A DNA stretch of 64,000 nt, taken from NCBI GenBank assembly GCA_010093815.1, contig ML996580.1. The stretch is one strand, 5' to 3'. Made by a program: the position numbers and the translations under genes. The notes under the pieces were generated by a model. That model did no database searches. It saw nothing but the letters and a program-made list of their open reading frames with translations, and was not told the origin of the DNA. This stretch comes from Pseudovirgaria hyperparasitica (Eukaryota). Positions 36,092 to 53,046 of the stretch are shown here, in pieces (positions within the stretch are counted from its first letter, which is position 1; each line of letters begins with the position of its first letter).

Positions 36092-38613
36092 CTACAAATA
36101 CAACCTCCCCCTCCGCACCCTCTCCACCCGCTCCTCATCCGCAAACGCAATCTTCCCGACCGCCCTCTCCGGCGCCACATCCCCAATCCGCACCCTCTTC
36201 CGCCCCAGCACCTCCACCATCTGCATCCCATCCAACATCCCGCCCCCCGGCGCCGTGCTCACATACGGCGACTCACGCGCCAACATCGACATGCTATTCA
36301 GCATATCCGGGATCCGGATCCGCGACCGCAAGTACACCATCGCCAGCACGGCCAGCACCAGCACCCCAATCGAGAGCGTGTACAGCGCCAGCCAGCCCCT
36401 ATGCAGGTCGTATATCGGCGGCGAGAAGGTCGTCCACGTGCCTGTTGTGTTGGCGTAGGTAGGCTGGTAGTCGGCGGCGGTAGTGTCTTCAGACGCAGCA
36501 GTAGTATTAATCCCCGACGTCCCCAGCACAATCGCCGTCCCATACGTCAACCGCAGCACCGAATTCACCACCACCGCAAGCCGCGCCTCAAACACCCCCG
36601 CCGGAAGATCCTTGTATTCATCCTTAATCGCCACGCCGCCCACACTCGCATCGATCCCGCCGTTCAGCGGATTCGCTAGATACGACTCCAGCGGCGTCTG
36701 CGTGCCGGCGTGATACGTCGTCAGGATGCGCGGGATGCTGGCGAAGAACTGGATTGCGGCGGTGCCGCTGTTCGCGGGGTCGAATTGGGCGGTGGCGTTG
36801 GAGACGGGGTACTCGGGCGAGTGGCGGGCGCGCTGGGCGCGGCAGGAGAGGTCGCCGGAGGGGGTGCCGCGGGCGCAGGAGACGAGGGCGTCGATGTGCG
36901 TGGTGGTGATGGTGCAGAGGGTGGTGTCGGTGCGGGTGCCGAAGCTGATTGTCGGGAGGGGGTAGAGGCGGGTGGAGAGCAGGGTGAGTTTGATGTTTGA
37001 GGAGCCCGGGTCGGAGGCGGAGCCGAAGGCCTCGGAGGCGTTGTAGGGTTGGCCGTCGAGCCGGTTGCTGTAGTCCGTTTCCCAGGTCGTGGTGTTTTGC
37101 CAGTCCGAGCACTGCGGTTGGTTGTGTCAGTCGTTTACCTACCCCCTATATCCATCCGAGAAAGAGACTCACCGTCAGCCGCGTATACGCCGCCGCGATA
37201 CCAAACGTCAGATTCCCCACCTCGCCCATCGGCACCCCGCGCACTGGGACTCCTACCAGTGACTCATAAACCGGCACCTGATCCGTGGGCACATCCACCC
37301 ACTCGCCCGGCTTCCCGGCATCATACCCAGGCAGCATCTCCAGCAACGGCATCCGGACATTCCCCCAGATATCCGTCCGCGCCGCAGCAAGCACCTTTTC
37401 CACCCCGCCCAGCCTCTCCACCGCCTCGTCAAAGCTCCCGGCTGTTGTCGTGCCATTAACTAACAACGCCGCCGCATTCGGCGCAGAGATCACCGCCCCA
37501 AACGCCATGCGTACCACGCCCCCGGCCGCCCCGTAGAAGCCGCTCGATGCGCTGCCCCAGGTGAGCGTGTCAAGGGGGATGCCGATGGCGCTGGACGGGT
37601 GGTAGGTAAGGGGGTATGAGGCAGTGAGGACGGGGGTGTGCAGGGTGAGGGCACGCAGCACGGCCTGGCCGCCGGCCGGGCTGAGCAGCCAGATTGCGAT
37701 GAGGGCGAGCGGCCAGATGCTGATGTATTGCAGGTCGAAGCAGGTCTTGAGCGTGCTGACGACCGTGTCGCTGGAGGAGAGGAGCTCGAGCATCTGTGGC
37801 GTTGGGTGTTGTTAGTATTGCTTCGGGGTTCATGACAAGCTCCTGGTTGGAGATGATAGGGGTGAGAATGAGGAATGAGGAACGAGGGGAAATAGGATGA
37901 ATAGAGACGGCATCGTACCCGCAGCGTCACACCCCTCTCCGCCGCCCACAGCGCTACACTCTTCAGCATCGGGCCCATCACCGCCGCGAATCCAATCGGC
38001 CACAGCGTCGACGCTACACCCATCGCGAGCACCACTCTGTCTCCGCCCTCGGACCGCTCGCGCCCGCCGAGCCGCCATATAAACCCTGCCAGGACTGCCC
38101 ATCATCATCATTCAGTCAGCGAAAGCCATAGATAGCAAGGTCAAAGTCAAAGCAAAAAAGTGGAGGAAAAAAGGATGATAGGGGGGGTAAGAAGGACAAC
38201 AGGCACGACAGAAACATACCAAGAAACCCAACAGGCACAAGCAGAAGCGCCGCATACGGCGCGCAATCCACGAGACGCGCACGCGCTGTCTTTTCCACGG
38301 TTTGCGGGCGGTCTGGCCATGTTGTTGCGCGGCGGCGGAGCATGTTGGCTACGGTTTGGCGGCGGCGGGGTTTGTCTTTTTTCGTTGTTAGTTGAATACT
38401 TCGTTTCTGTCCTTGTATATCATGGAGGATTCTAGGGTGGGGAAAGAGGAATGCAGTAAACTCACCGGCATATCCATCCGCTGCAGCGTCGGCGTGAGGA
38501 TTATGACTACTACTGTCGCTATGACTGCTGCTGCTGTGCTCTGCGTCTGCTTCTTCCTCCGAGACGGTGGGTTGGGGGGTATCTTTCGTTGGGAGGGGGG
38601 CGAAGGAGGGCAT
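36092..38613 (-). CDS. Uncharacterised multi-exon fungal membrane protein (several N-terminal TMs, large luminal domain, C-terminal TM)
   Basis: Exons joinable by GT-AG introns: MPSFAP...; ...STLWPIGFAAVMGPMLKSVALWAAERG; LELLSSSDTV...IWLLSPAGGQAVLR...DIWGNVRMP...YESLVGVPV. Final exon 37111-36092 is in frame with ...RIPDMLNSMSMLARESPYV...RVRIGDV...GRLYL*. The 5' exon boundaries were not fully verified. Confidence 0.7.
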
Positions 38614-40590
38614 TTTGGGGAGTGGTGAGGGTTCGTTCGTGTTGAGTCGAGTGTGTGTGGGTGTGAGTGTTGGTCGACTGAGTGTTTTGGTCCTCCTTGT
38701 CGTCGTCGTTGTTGTCGGCCAGTGAGTCGTTTTACTCGCTAGTTGTTGTCTTATTTGTCTTCCTCGTCTTCCGTCGGGTCGTTCGTCGTGGTTCTTCTCC
38801 TTCGTCAAACAGCGTCAAAACAGTCAATCAGTCCTCAGTGACTCGACGACCAAATCCCAGCACCGCCGTCGTCGTACTGTAAAGCGCGTATACGATGATA
38901 TCTCCTCTCGCACACCAACGATCCAAGTCGTCCTCTTCGTAAACCAACAATCCAGCGTGTCCAGCGCGTCCTTCTACCCAACCAGTCAAGCAGCCCAGTA
39001 TTCCTCCAAAACCAGTTCGCGCCAACTCAGCAGGCAGTCAGGACAACTCTAATCGCGTTCTCCGCAGTTTCCAGCCTTTCCCGTCGTTTCTGGCGTATCT
39101 ATGGTTCAAAAAGGGCGGAAAAGAGCAAATTGAGAAAGGGGTGGGGGCCCGCGTCCTTATTATCACCACGTCCACCACACACATACACGTACCAGTCAAG
39201 TCAATTAGTTAGGTCCGTCAGTCAGTCAGTCAGTCAGTCAGTCAGTCAATAAGGAAGTAAAAGCAACTGCCGAGCCGCAGATATTAGCACCAGAGCCCGG
39301 CCGCCATCCCATTCCGCGCAACGGACTACATGTCCTTCTTCTCAGCCCCCAAAACTACAAGTCACAGACAGCGCAACACACAAAAAAACGCAGCCCCCAA
39401 AACCAAATATCGGAGTTGTACCCCCGAAGCAGCGCTAGACTCGGCCGAAGGGCGCGTCCATCGGACTGAGGCACGGACGGCTGAGAACCGAACATAGCAT
39501 AGCGGGCATATATCATACACAACGCATGGTCAGAAAGGAAAGAAGCAGGTGCATGCATGCATGCATAAGCGCCCCGTGCCTCACACCAGAACCTCCAGCG
39601 AGGACATAGTTTGATGAAACAGCGGGCGGCGCCGCTGAAATAGATACAGTATCAGGCGTGGAATTTTGGGGGCGGAAAAGCATATGCCGGCGACCACTAC
39701 TAGGCTAGGCCAGGACTATAGAATGCCAAGCCCAAGGTTCTAATGTATACAAGGAAGGGCACGTATATAAGTCTACTACTGTACGCATTGTTACGTGTTT
39801 TCTCACGTACGCCACGCGTGAAGTAACATTTATTGCGCGCCGTGCTACGTGTGTATTTTGTGTATTGCGTGTAGAATATGTTAACACAAACCTAGTCTAA
39901 TCGCGCCCCGTTCAAAAAAGAAAAAGGAAAAGCGCGCGTGTATCGAATCAAGAGTTTTCTCAAAGAAAGTATATAAAAGCTTAAGCCTACGCCGTGGAAA
40001 ACAGACGAGAGTAGTCTAGATCAGATAGAAAGCACAGGGATAGAATCGAGTGAATAATATTAAATAAAGACATCAAGTCATCAAGAAACCAAAGAAGAAA
40101 ACAAGACTTATATATATACATTAATTAGTACACTCCAAAAAAAAAATCATGACTAGAAACAAAAATAGAACGGGATAGAAATTAAGAACCAGGATAGAAC
40201 CAGAACAGATATAGAACGAAAACAAAAGTATAAGAGTCTTGTTTACCAGATATAAAGCTTACTATTACTATACCATCTACTATATTCTCCTCCCTCAGCT
40301 ACAAATCAATTTACTACCCACCTTACCTTACCCACATACCCCCAATACCCCCAATACCCAACAACGCAATGACAATACACCTGAGAAATTCCACCCCTCT
40401 AACCCCCCGTTTGTCCTGTTATGCACTGGTATAGCATGGCACGGTATACATCAAAACACACTCTAACACACGTGGACGGACGGACGGAGAGTGAGGGTTT
40501 CTACATCACGTCGTGTCTGCTTGTTTACTCACCTACTCCCTTCCTTACTTCCCTACAGAATAGCAGCGGCAGCACAGATAGACTAGACAG

Positions 40591-40593
<3 letters not shown>

Positions 40594-40632
<39 letters not shown>

Positions 40633-40700
40633 ACAACACCTTATATAGAGGACACAGACAACACAGACAACACAGACAACACAGACAACACAGACAACAC
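40594..40700. repeat. (CT)n microsatellite followed by (ACACAGACA)~5
   Basis: Directly visible. Confidence 0.9.
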
Positions 40701-41107
40701 AAAAGTTTTAACAAATCATCTTCCTTTCTATTTCTAGATCCTTTTTTTTCTTCTTCTTCTTTCGAAGAAAAAAAAAAAGAGCTTAACCTATGTAGTAGGT
40801 ACTAGGTAGTAAGGGTGTTGGGGGAGCAGGTGAAGTCAGAGCTTGTGCATGTCCCTGAAGAAACGGGACACTCTGAACTTCCTATATATATAAACCAAAA
40901 AACCTTGTGTGTGGTAAAGACACTGTATAACCTGCTTATTTTCTTTTTCGGGTTGATTTTTTTTGGTTTGCCTTTTTTTCCTTTCCATCCCTCCTTCTCT
41001 TCCCTTCCTTTCCCTGCTTCCATGCCGCTCTCTTCCATGTCGCTCTCTTCCCTTCCTTTCCCTGCTTCCATGCCGCCGTCCTCAAGTACCACCATCCCCC
41101 ATCATCC

Positions 41108-45625
<4,518 letters not shown>

Positions 45626-47921
45626 ACTGAACAATCTGCCAGCTTCTGCGCGCAGCTGACGTGCGTTATCGCGAATTTATCCCGTCGTGCTGGGAGGGTG
45701 GGAAGTGGGAGGCTGAGGGGACGACTCCCCGGAGGAACAGGCGGAAGGGTTGCGCCAGTATCGGGCAGACGGGGGGCCCAAATGAGTGTGGTCAGTGGGA
45801 ATCAAGGAGGAGGGATAGCTATCGCATGAGTGCTCAGAGACCATACGAGCGTCGTTGAGGGCGGAATGGGTAGATGTTGAAGACAAGAAGAGTGGTGCAA
45901 GTCGTTGGGAGGAAACACTGAGTGAATGCGAGTGTGAAGTCCCCTAACGAACCGTTGGCGTTTGAGCCTGAAGAGTCGCAGCCTGAGGTGTGAGCCAGAG
46001 AATAGTCGTGCTAGGCCTAATCGAGACTGTCTAATCATATCAGCCTATCAGAGACGAGCACTAGTCTGGAAAATGACGAGCCGACGTGGAGTAAGTACCT
46101 TAGTAGTGCTTCTCTGCGGCAATTGATGCTTGATTATCGTACAATGGATGGATGAATGAATGAATGAATGAATGAATAACGGATGATAACAGCATGTGAA
46201 TGAAAACCGGATGAACAGCTTCATTATCCCGCGTCATGAACAAGCATCGATGCATCCGTGAAGGCCAGTCAGGGCATATAGCCCTTCACCGGCCGAGCTC
46301 GCTTTCACCAGTATACGATGTATCATGTATCCATCTAATGAATGAATGCCCATTGTTATCCTATCCCTTGTACTGTACCTAGGTACCTACCTACACTCGC
46401 ACAAAGCCGCTACAAAGCGAGCCCTATACATACATACCCCTTTCCTTTCCTTATACACGCACACAATGCAGCATTCAGTCAACCTAGCACCACCATACAC
46501 ACATCGCTCAACCCACGAGCACACCCAGCCCAACCAATCCCACAATCTCACTAATCCATCCTAACCGCCCGCGCATATCTTACCTCCAAAAACCCTCCGC
46601 CGCCCCTCATCCATTTCCCCCTCTTCTCCACACACACACTCACATACACTCTCGCATCGTCACAGTAGCGGTGTGTACAAATCACACCATTCCCGCACCA
46701 TCATCGTCCCCCCTCGAATCTTCATGACATGCAGCTACTCCATCTCCCTTCCATCCTTCCATCAGCCTAGACCCTTCTTTTCCACCCTTCCAATCAATCC
46801 CCCTTTCCCTTTCCCTGTTCTAAATAATTAGTCCGGCGTACCGCGTACCTGCGAACTCGTGGGAGAGCGTGCAGCTGCTTAGGTAAGCGAGCAAGTTAGG
46901 TAGCCTCAGAGGTAGGTAGGTAGGTAGTAGTTAGGTGGAGTAATAGCGAATAGACCGCGCCCATCCATCCATTCATCCATCCATCCAATCATCAGAAGCA
47001 CTCACTATGTGAGCCCAAAAAATGGAGCGCGGCCGCAATCTGTCTACACGGCATGCCCCGCTCCAAAAAATGCCGCCGCAACGATACAAATCCTATCTGT
47101 TGGCATGTTGAGACATTAGTTCGTAGACTTCTAGAGGAGGCTCAGCAGTGCTTTCAGCCTTACCCGCCGCTCAGGGACTTTCCCGCTCGTCGCGTCACCT
47201 AGACGAGGCATGGCATGACATACTTGTGTGAGACATGGCTGCTGGGCAGGGCAATGGGAGAACGGAGATCGAGTTAATTACTGCCGAGATGATAAATGTA
47301 GGCGTAGGTGCAGATAAAATGCCTAGATCGAGGGGCTGCCATCCATCAGGATTCCTCCAATTACCCCACGATGACCTACCTGCACACGCAAAGGCAAGAC
47401 ACAGTTCGGCGGCGGACCCTGTGGCAGATCAGCGATCTACAATCTATTGTACACAACCCGCAGCCTGGCTCCTGAGTCAGTCAGGCAACTCATGTTACTT
47501 CTTCACGTTCGGCTACACAGACGACATGGCCTGCTTGGCCTTCATTGCTTAATTCCCGTCCAGCTCCCCCATCTTGACATCGTACATACATGCTTCTCTA
47601 CCCACTACTATTCATTTGCTTTTTTGAGAACCAAACATTCATCTCCCGATCCGGACCAGATCCAGTCGTATTACTAATCAGCTCAGACACCAGTGCTCCG
47701 AACGCGTGCTATGCAACCTTGCAAATTCTTCTTTTTATTGGTCAAAGGACCGACCGTAGAAGCCTTTCGCCGAAATGCCCAAGACATGATTGTATTTAAC
47801 AGAGAGCCCTAGAGCTCCATCACTTTTGTCTCGTCTACCAACATCTGGCAAACAAGGAGTTTAGATAATCGAGAATGCGATGCGCCCAGGAAATTTCTGT
47901 GTGAAGTCGTTGTTGATCAAC

Positions 47922-49468
47922 TTAGGATGAAGGTGGTGGCGGTCCATCTCCACGAGGACGACCCCGGAATCCGCGTCCACGACCTCGCCCGTCTCCACGA
48001 TGGCCTCTTCCACGCTCACCGCCACGACCACCGCGGCCACGGAATGGTCCACGGCCATCACCTCTTGCACGGCCTCCTCGCTGGTGGGTAACCTCATGGA
48101 ACCCGTCACCACTGGCGGCGGCAGCTGGCGCAGGCGTGCTTATTTCAGTGGGAGTATCATCGGCCCAGCTCTGGGTGCTGGTAGCTGGGGCTGGAGTGGA
48201 GCCGGTATCAGTCTCTGCGAGGTCGCGCGGAACCATTTCAAAAGACTCAGTCAGAGGGTCCTCGGTGGACTTGACAGTCTGATCCCATTGCTCTTGTCCT
48301 GCGGCATTCGCGGCTTCTGAGCCAATTCCGCTGGCCGCAGGAACCTGGACAGTCTCTGCTGCTTCAGAGGAACCAATCATGGCAGACGGGTTGGATTGAA
48401 GCTCAGTCAAGCTAGCGTTGGCAATAGTCGGGTCGGTCGAGGTAGCTGGAGTGGTAGTGCCATCGTCAACAAGAGAACCCTGAGCGGATCCCTGGAGAAG
48501 CTCTTCAGCAGGACCGCCGGCTAGAGAGGCTTCGCGGACTTGCGAGACTAAACCGCGAGTTAACATCAATTCATTCAGATCAATCGGGATGACTTACAGG
48601 TTACACCGGTTGGCGCGCCTTCGATGTTGTTGACGATATCTTCAGAACCCTCAACGAGCTTCTCGATAGCTTCAACCGCCTGAGCATCACCACCGTAAAC
48701 TAGAAGAAGCACACCCTCAAAGGCCTGTCTCTCCTCAGTGTCTGCCTCTTCGATCTGACGCTTCGCAGCAGCAGTGTGCAGAAATTTCGACAGTGTGAGA
48801 TACTGAAGCTTGTGCTGCTTTTGCTCTTTCGCCGCGGCCTCGGCATTGATAGTGTCTCGAAGGGTCTCTAGCTCCTGCTTGTGCGCGGATTGCAAGAGCT
48901 CTCGCTCTGCACTAAGCTTGCTCTGTAAGTCTTGCTCAACCTTCTTGTACTGGATCAATTGCTCCTCCAGCTGTACCAGCTGTGCCTGAAGGCCTGGTTT
49001 CTTCAAAGCCTGAGCCTTCTGGTCTGGGTTGATCTTCTTTGCGAGTACAAGGTCATCGAGTGATAAGTCAGGATTCTCCGAGATGATGGTGTCGACCTTT
49101 TGCATAAGGTTCTAGATGGTTGTTAGCTAAAATGGTCTCTACCCCGAGACATCATTACTGACCAGCTTCTTGTTAATGTTGCGAATGTTCCTGTCATGAA
49201 GGTGAGTAGCTGTTCGATGGTAGAAAGTAGCAAGAGTGTAGCAAAGCTACGTCACAACATACTTCTGAATCTCTCTAGTATAGGCATTCTCGCCGCTCGT
49301 CTCGATGCCATTGACCTTGGCTTCCTCAGTTGGCACCTCGGACGTAGGCGTACCTGGAGCCTTGGACGCAGAACCTTGAGCAGCAGCCAACTCAGCCTTG
49401 GCCTTCTTTTTGCGAGCGCTCTTCGACTCGGTGGGTGGAGGAGGGTTAGCTACGACGTCGGACGACAT
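47922..49468 (-). CDS. Conserved fungal coiled-coil protein with RGG tail, Caprin-like; 4 exons
   Basis: ESKSARKKKAK; micro-exon NIRNINKKL; SLDDLVLAKKINPDQKAQALKKP; AFEGVLLLVYGGD; SWADD; DGFHEV; C-terminal RGRGGRGG repeats. Confidence 0.75.
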
Positions 49469-50439
49469 GGTGTTGAGCTGTAGTGTGAATGTTTGAGATG
49501 ATGTATGCTTGACAAGTAGATATCTAGATGGAATGTGGAAGTTTGCGGGGAAGGTTGTTGTGGGCGCAGTGTGTAACAGCTAAAATGTTCTTTGAGCTTT
49601 GGATGGCCACTGAAGCCCGTAGAACACGCGAGCTCGGAGCCTTGCAGCCTAATTTCCGCTCGACTATGCCAAGTCCTCACGCGCCATGTCACGCACTAGG
49701 CCTGATTTGGTGCTGTGAACTTGCGCTGGCCGCTCTTGATTGGCCCGTTCCTGTGTAAACACGAGAGCACAAGTGTACCACAATCGCCAAACCTAATTCG
49801 GGCATGTCTGGTCAGTATACGGAGGTGGTCTGATGAGGATTTTCTTTCAGCTTCAATCTTATACATAACAGGCATGGATCCACGGCCCAACCTTGGAACA
49901 ATTCTAAATGGCATGCCAGGTACTAGTGTTGAGTCCCGACAAAGTCCAGCTGGCATCCCTTGGTTTTAAGCTTCCAAACGTTCGATCATTTATATGGTAT
50001 CATGTACATCTCAAAGAAGAAGTATCCAGCGACATTACACGTGCGCTAAGTGCTTACACTTAATCAAGACGGGCTAATGAGACCTCTCAAGAGTGCGGAC
50101 GAATGTTGGCGCACGAAATTTTCCGACTCGTGATAGACAGCTAAAGTCTCCTGTCAAAGATACACTCGGATCGACCATGCGTCGCAATTAGACCGAATTC
50201 TTTGTCCATAGAATGAGAACCAAACATAACTGCATCATATAACGCCTTTTCCAACAAGAGTGCTGCTCTAAAGATCACTCGCGTAGCTTAGGCGTACTCA
50301 TGGTATATAAAGAAGCCATATCCAAGTCTCCCCAAGACAGACTCTCAAAACACCTGAGCCCATCCATAAATCACCCCAGCCTCATCTCGAGTCCCAAGAG
50401 CCCAACGTGTCCTCCTCACAAAACAAACTCCCCAGCACA

Positions 50440-51553
50440 ATGCAAGCCTGGCAATTCACTCGCACCGGCCCAGCACGCGCCATTCTCTCGCTCCAATCCA
50501 TCCCCGTTCCACCACGCCCCATAGACAACGAGGTCCTCATCCGTATCACCCACAGCTCGCTCAACGGTGGCAGCAACCTCCTCTTGACCCTGATTCCAAT
50601 GTTATTCCGCAGCCCGCCCTGCACGCCTGGCATCGAGTTCTCGGGCGTCGTTGAATCTGTTGGCCCGTCGTACTCGAAGACGAATCTGCTGCCTGGCACG
50701 CGTGTCTTTGGCACGCTCGATAAGCGTGCTCATGTTAGGGGTAAGGGCGCGTTGGCGGAGTGGCTGCTGGTGAAGGAGGGTGAGGTTGTGATGGTTGCGG
50801 TTCCAGAGGGCGTGGAGCTTTCGCAGGCTGCTGCTATGTCTGCGAGTGGGTCCACGGCTGTGTCGATGTGTTTGAGGGCTGGGTTGAAGGGAGGCGAGCG
50901 AGTGCTGGTGAATGGAGCGAGCGGTGGGGTGGGCAGTTTGCTGGTGCAGATTTTGAGGAACTTGGGTGTGCGGGAGATTGTGGCTGTTTGCTCGGGAAAG
51001 AATGCAGACTTTGTGAAGAGGCTTGGTGCTGATGAGGTACGTGACGAGGAGGTTAATTTCAGTATTTGCTCTGATCAGCACAGGTCTTGGACTACAACGT
51101 CGCGCCTGTTGAGCAGCAACTGATCGACAAGTTCTCTGCGAGACCGTTCGACGTCATTATGGACACTGTAGGCATACAGTCGATCTTCACAGACAGCCCA
51201 CACTATCTCAAGAATACCGGCGTCTTCGTCAATGTCGGGGCGATGGCCAACGGTCCGTGGCTGGGGTTCTGGTATTGGTTTCTCAATTCCAACCTTCCTC
51301 TTCTGTTGGGCGGCATACCCAGGAAGTACATCATGTTCAGCAACAACATTGACGAAGAGCAGCTAGGCATGCTCGCACACTGGGCTGGCGAAGGTAAGCT
51401 TGTTGTACCAGTTGACCAGACGTTCGAGTTGGACAGGGCACTTGATGTAAGAAGCTCCATATACTATGAGGCGGTGATATCTGACTCTTCGAACAGGCGT
51501 ATGATTTAGTAGAGAGCGGCAGAGTACGAGGGAAAATCGTCATCAACGTCTAG
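50440..51553 (+). CDS. MDR-superfamily NAD(P)H oxidoreductase (quinone reductase / RTN4IP1-Yim1-like); introns about 51037-51082 and 51447-51496
   Basis: PGIEFSGVV, GALAEW, Rossmann VLVNGASGGVGS, VKRLGADEV|LDY, FDVIMDTVG; spliced C-terminus AYDLVESGRVRGKIVINV*. Confidence 0.88.
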
Positions 51554-52118
51554 AAGCTTCAATAATGATGAAGGATCCTCATAGTGTGGTGTGGCAAAAG
51601 AAGAGAGAGCGAAATAGTAGACTGGCTATACATACTGACTAGGCTTCGAATATACCCAAGACTCAATACATTTCAAAGCACACCACCGTAAATAATCTCT
51701 GTCTACATTCAATTATAACTGCACGAATATATGTGTCAAAACCACGTCCCCTCACAACACATCCCAATCACCCAAACCCACCACCTAACCCATGACCATA
51801 CCCTAAGAAACAAAAGCAACCCCAGCAATCCCATGTAACAAAACCCAGGGCTCCAGTAGTAGTAGATACACAAACAGAAACCCAGAACCAAGTCCTCTCC
51901 AAATCCCCACATATACTCCCTTGAAATGGATCCCCTAATGACCTCCTCGGTAAAGTGCTAGAAGCAGAATGCAAACACGCAGCAAACCACAACAAGCGCA
52001 ACATGAAAAGAAAACACCAGAGCTCTTCTCACCCTCCTCATTGCTCCACAAACATCCAATCCACTCCATTCCACTACCCCCATCACAGCCCTTCCACAAA
52101 ATCCATACAAACCAAGAT

Positions 52119-52297
52119 CTCAAAACCTCAAAACCTCAAAACCTCAAAACCTCAAAANNNNNNNNNNNNNNNNNNNNNNNNNNNNNNNNNNNNNNNNNNN
52201 NNNNNNNNNNNNNNNNNNNNNNNNNNNNNNNNNNNNNNNNNNCTCAAAACCTCAAAATCTCAAAACCTCAAAATCTCAAAACCTCAAAATCTCAAAA
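52119..52297. repeat. 8-bp tandem repeat (CTCAAAAY)n flanking an 85-N assembly gap (52158-52242)
   Basis: The same unit occurs on both sides of the Ns, so the gap probably represents the unresolved array. Confidence 0.92.
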
Positions 52298-53046
52298 CTT
52301 TAAACTTTAAAACCCCCATACTCCCCATTCTCCATCCTATCCTATCCTATCCAACCCACCAATATCATAGATACCTCACTTGTTCCTTCCCTCTTTCCCT
52401 CCTTCCCTCCTTCCTTCCCTCCTCCCTTCTACGCGCATGCAAGCCAAGAACAACCCACTCATCTCATCTGTACCTATATATATATATCTCCCCAAACACG
52501 ACCCCAAAACCGAAAGTGAACAAAACCTTTGTATACACTACGCTCTCTGTCCTTCTACAATGAACATGTAGGGCGGCGGGGGCCTTTGGAGATGCAGTAG
52601 GAAATCCGAGACTTGCACTTTCTGGCTACGCGGGAAGTAGTGTGCTGACTGTAGTGTAATGTTTGTGAGATCTTGATAGGCTTACTCATTGTGGTGTCGT
52701 CGCTGTAGTAGTGGCTGTGATCTACTCTCCTTGCCTCTTGATACACGTTGGACGGAAGGACAGACTCACGGCGATGGCACACACCCACTTTGCATCACAG
52801 AGCACGTCACAGCACAGGCAGGAGAAGACACCAATTGTGATGGTGATGGTACAATATGATCATTAAAACGCAACTCGCCGGTCGCGGTGGTAGTTTATGG
52901 CCATTCCGGGCCCTCGGGTATCTATGTAACCGTTCCGCCTGCCCCATCCCGGGGCAGGCCCCAACACCACGCTATGCAATACATAAAAATACAACAGGCC
53001 AGCAGCTGCCACAACCTTGAAGGTGAGTCCATACAAACGGACTGAA

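Noticed and set aside
40997..41080. About 32-bp direct repeat (period 48) downstream of the JmjC gene stop
   Set aside because: Pyrimidine-rich, low-complexity slippage duplication with no element hallmarks.
52119..52297. Telomere-like array and ORFs spanning the gap
   Set aside because: The unit CTCAAAAY is not TTAGGG-like and is internal; the ORFs are open only because of Ns and low complexity.
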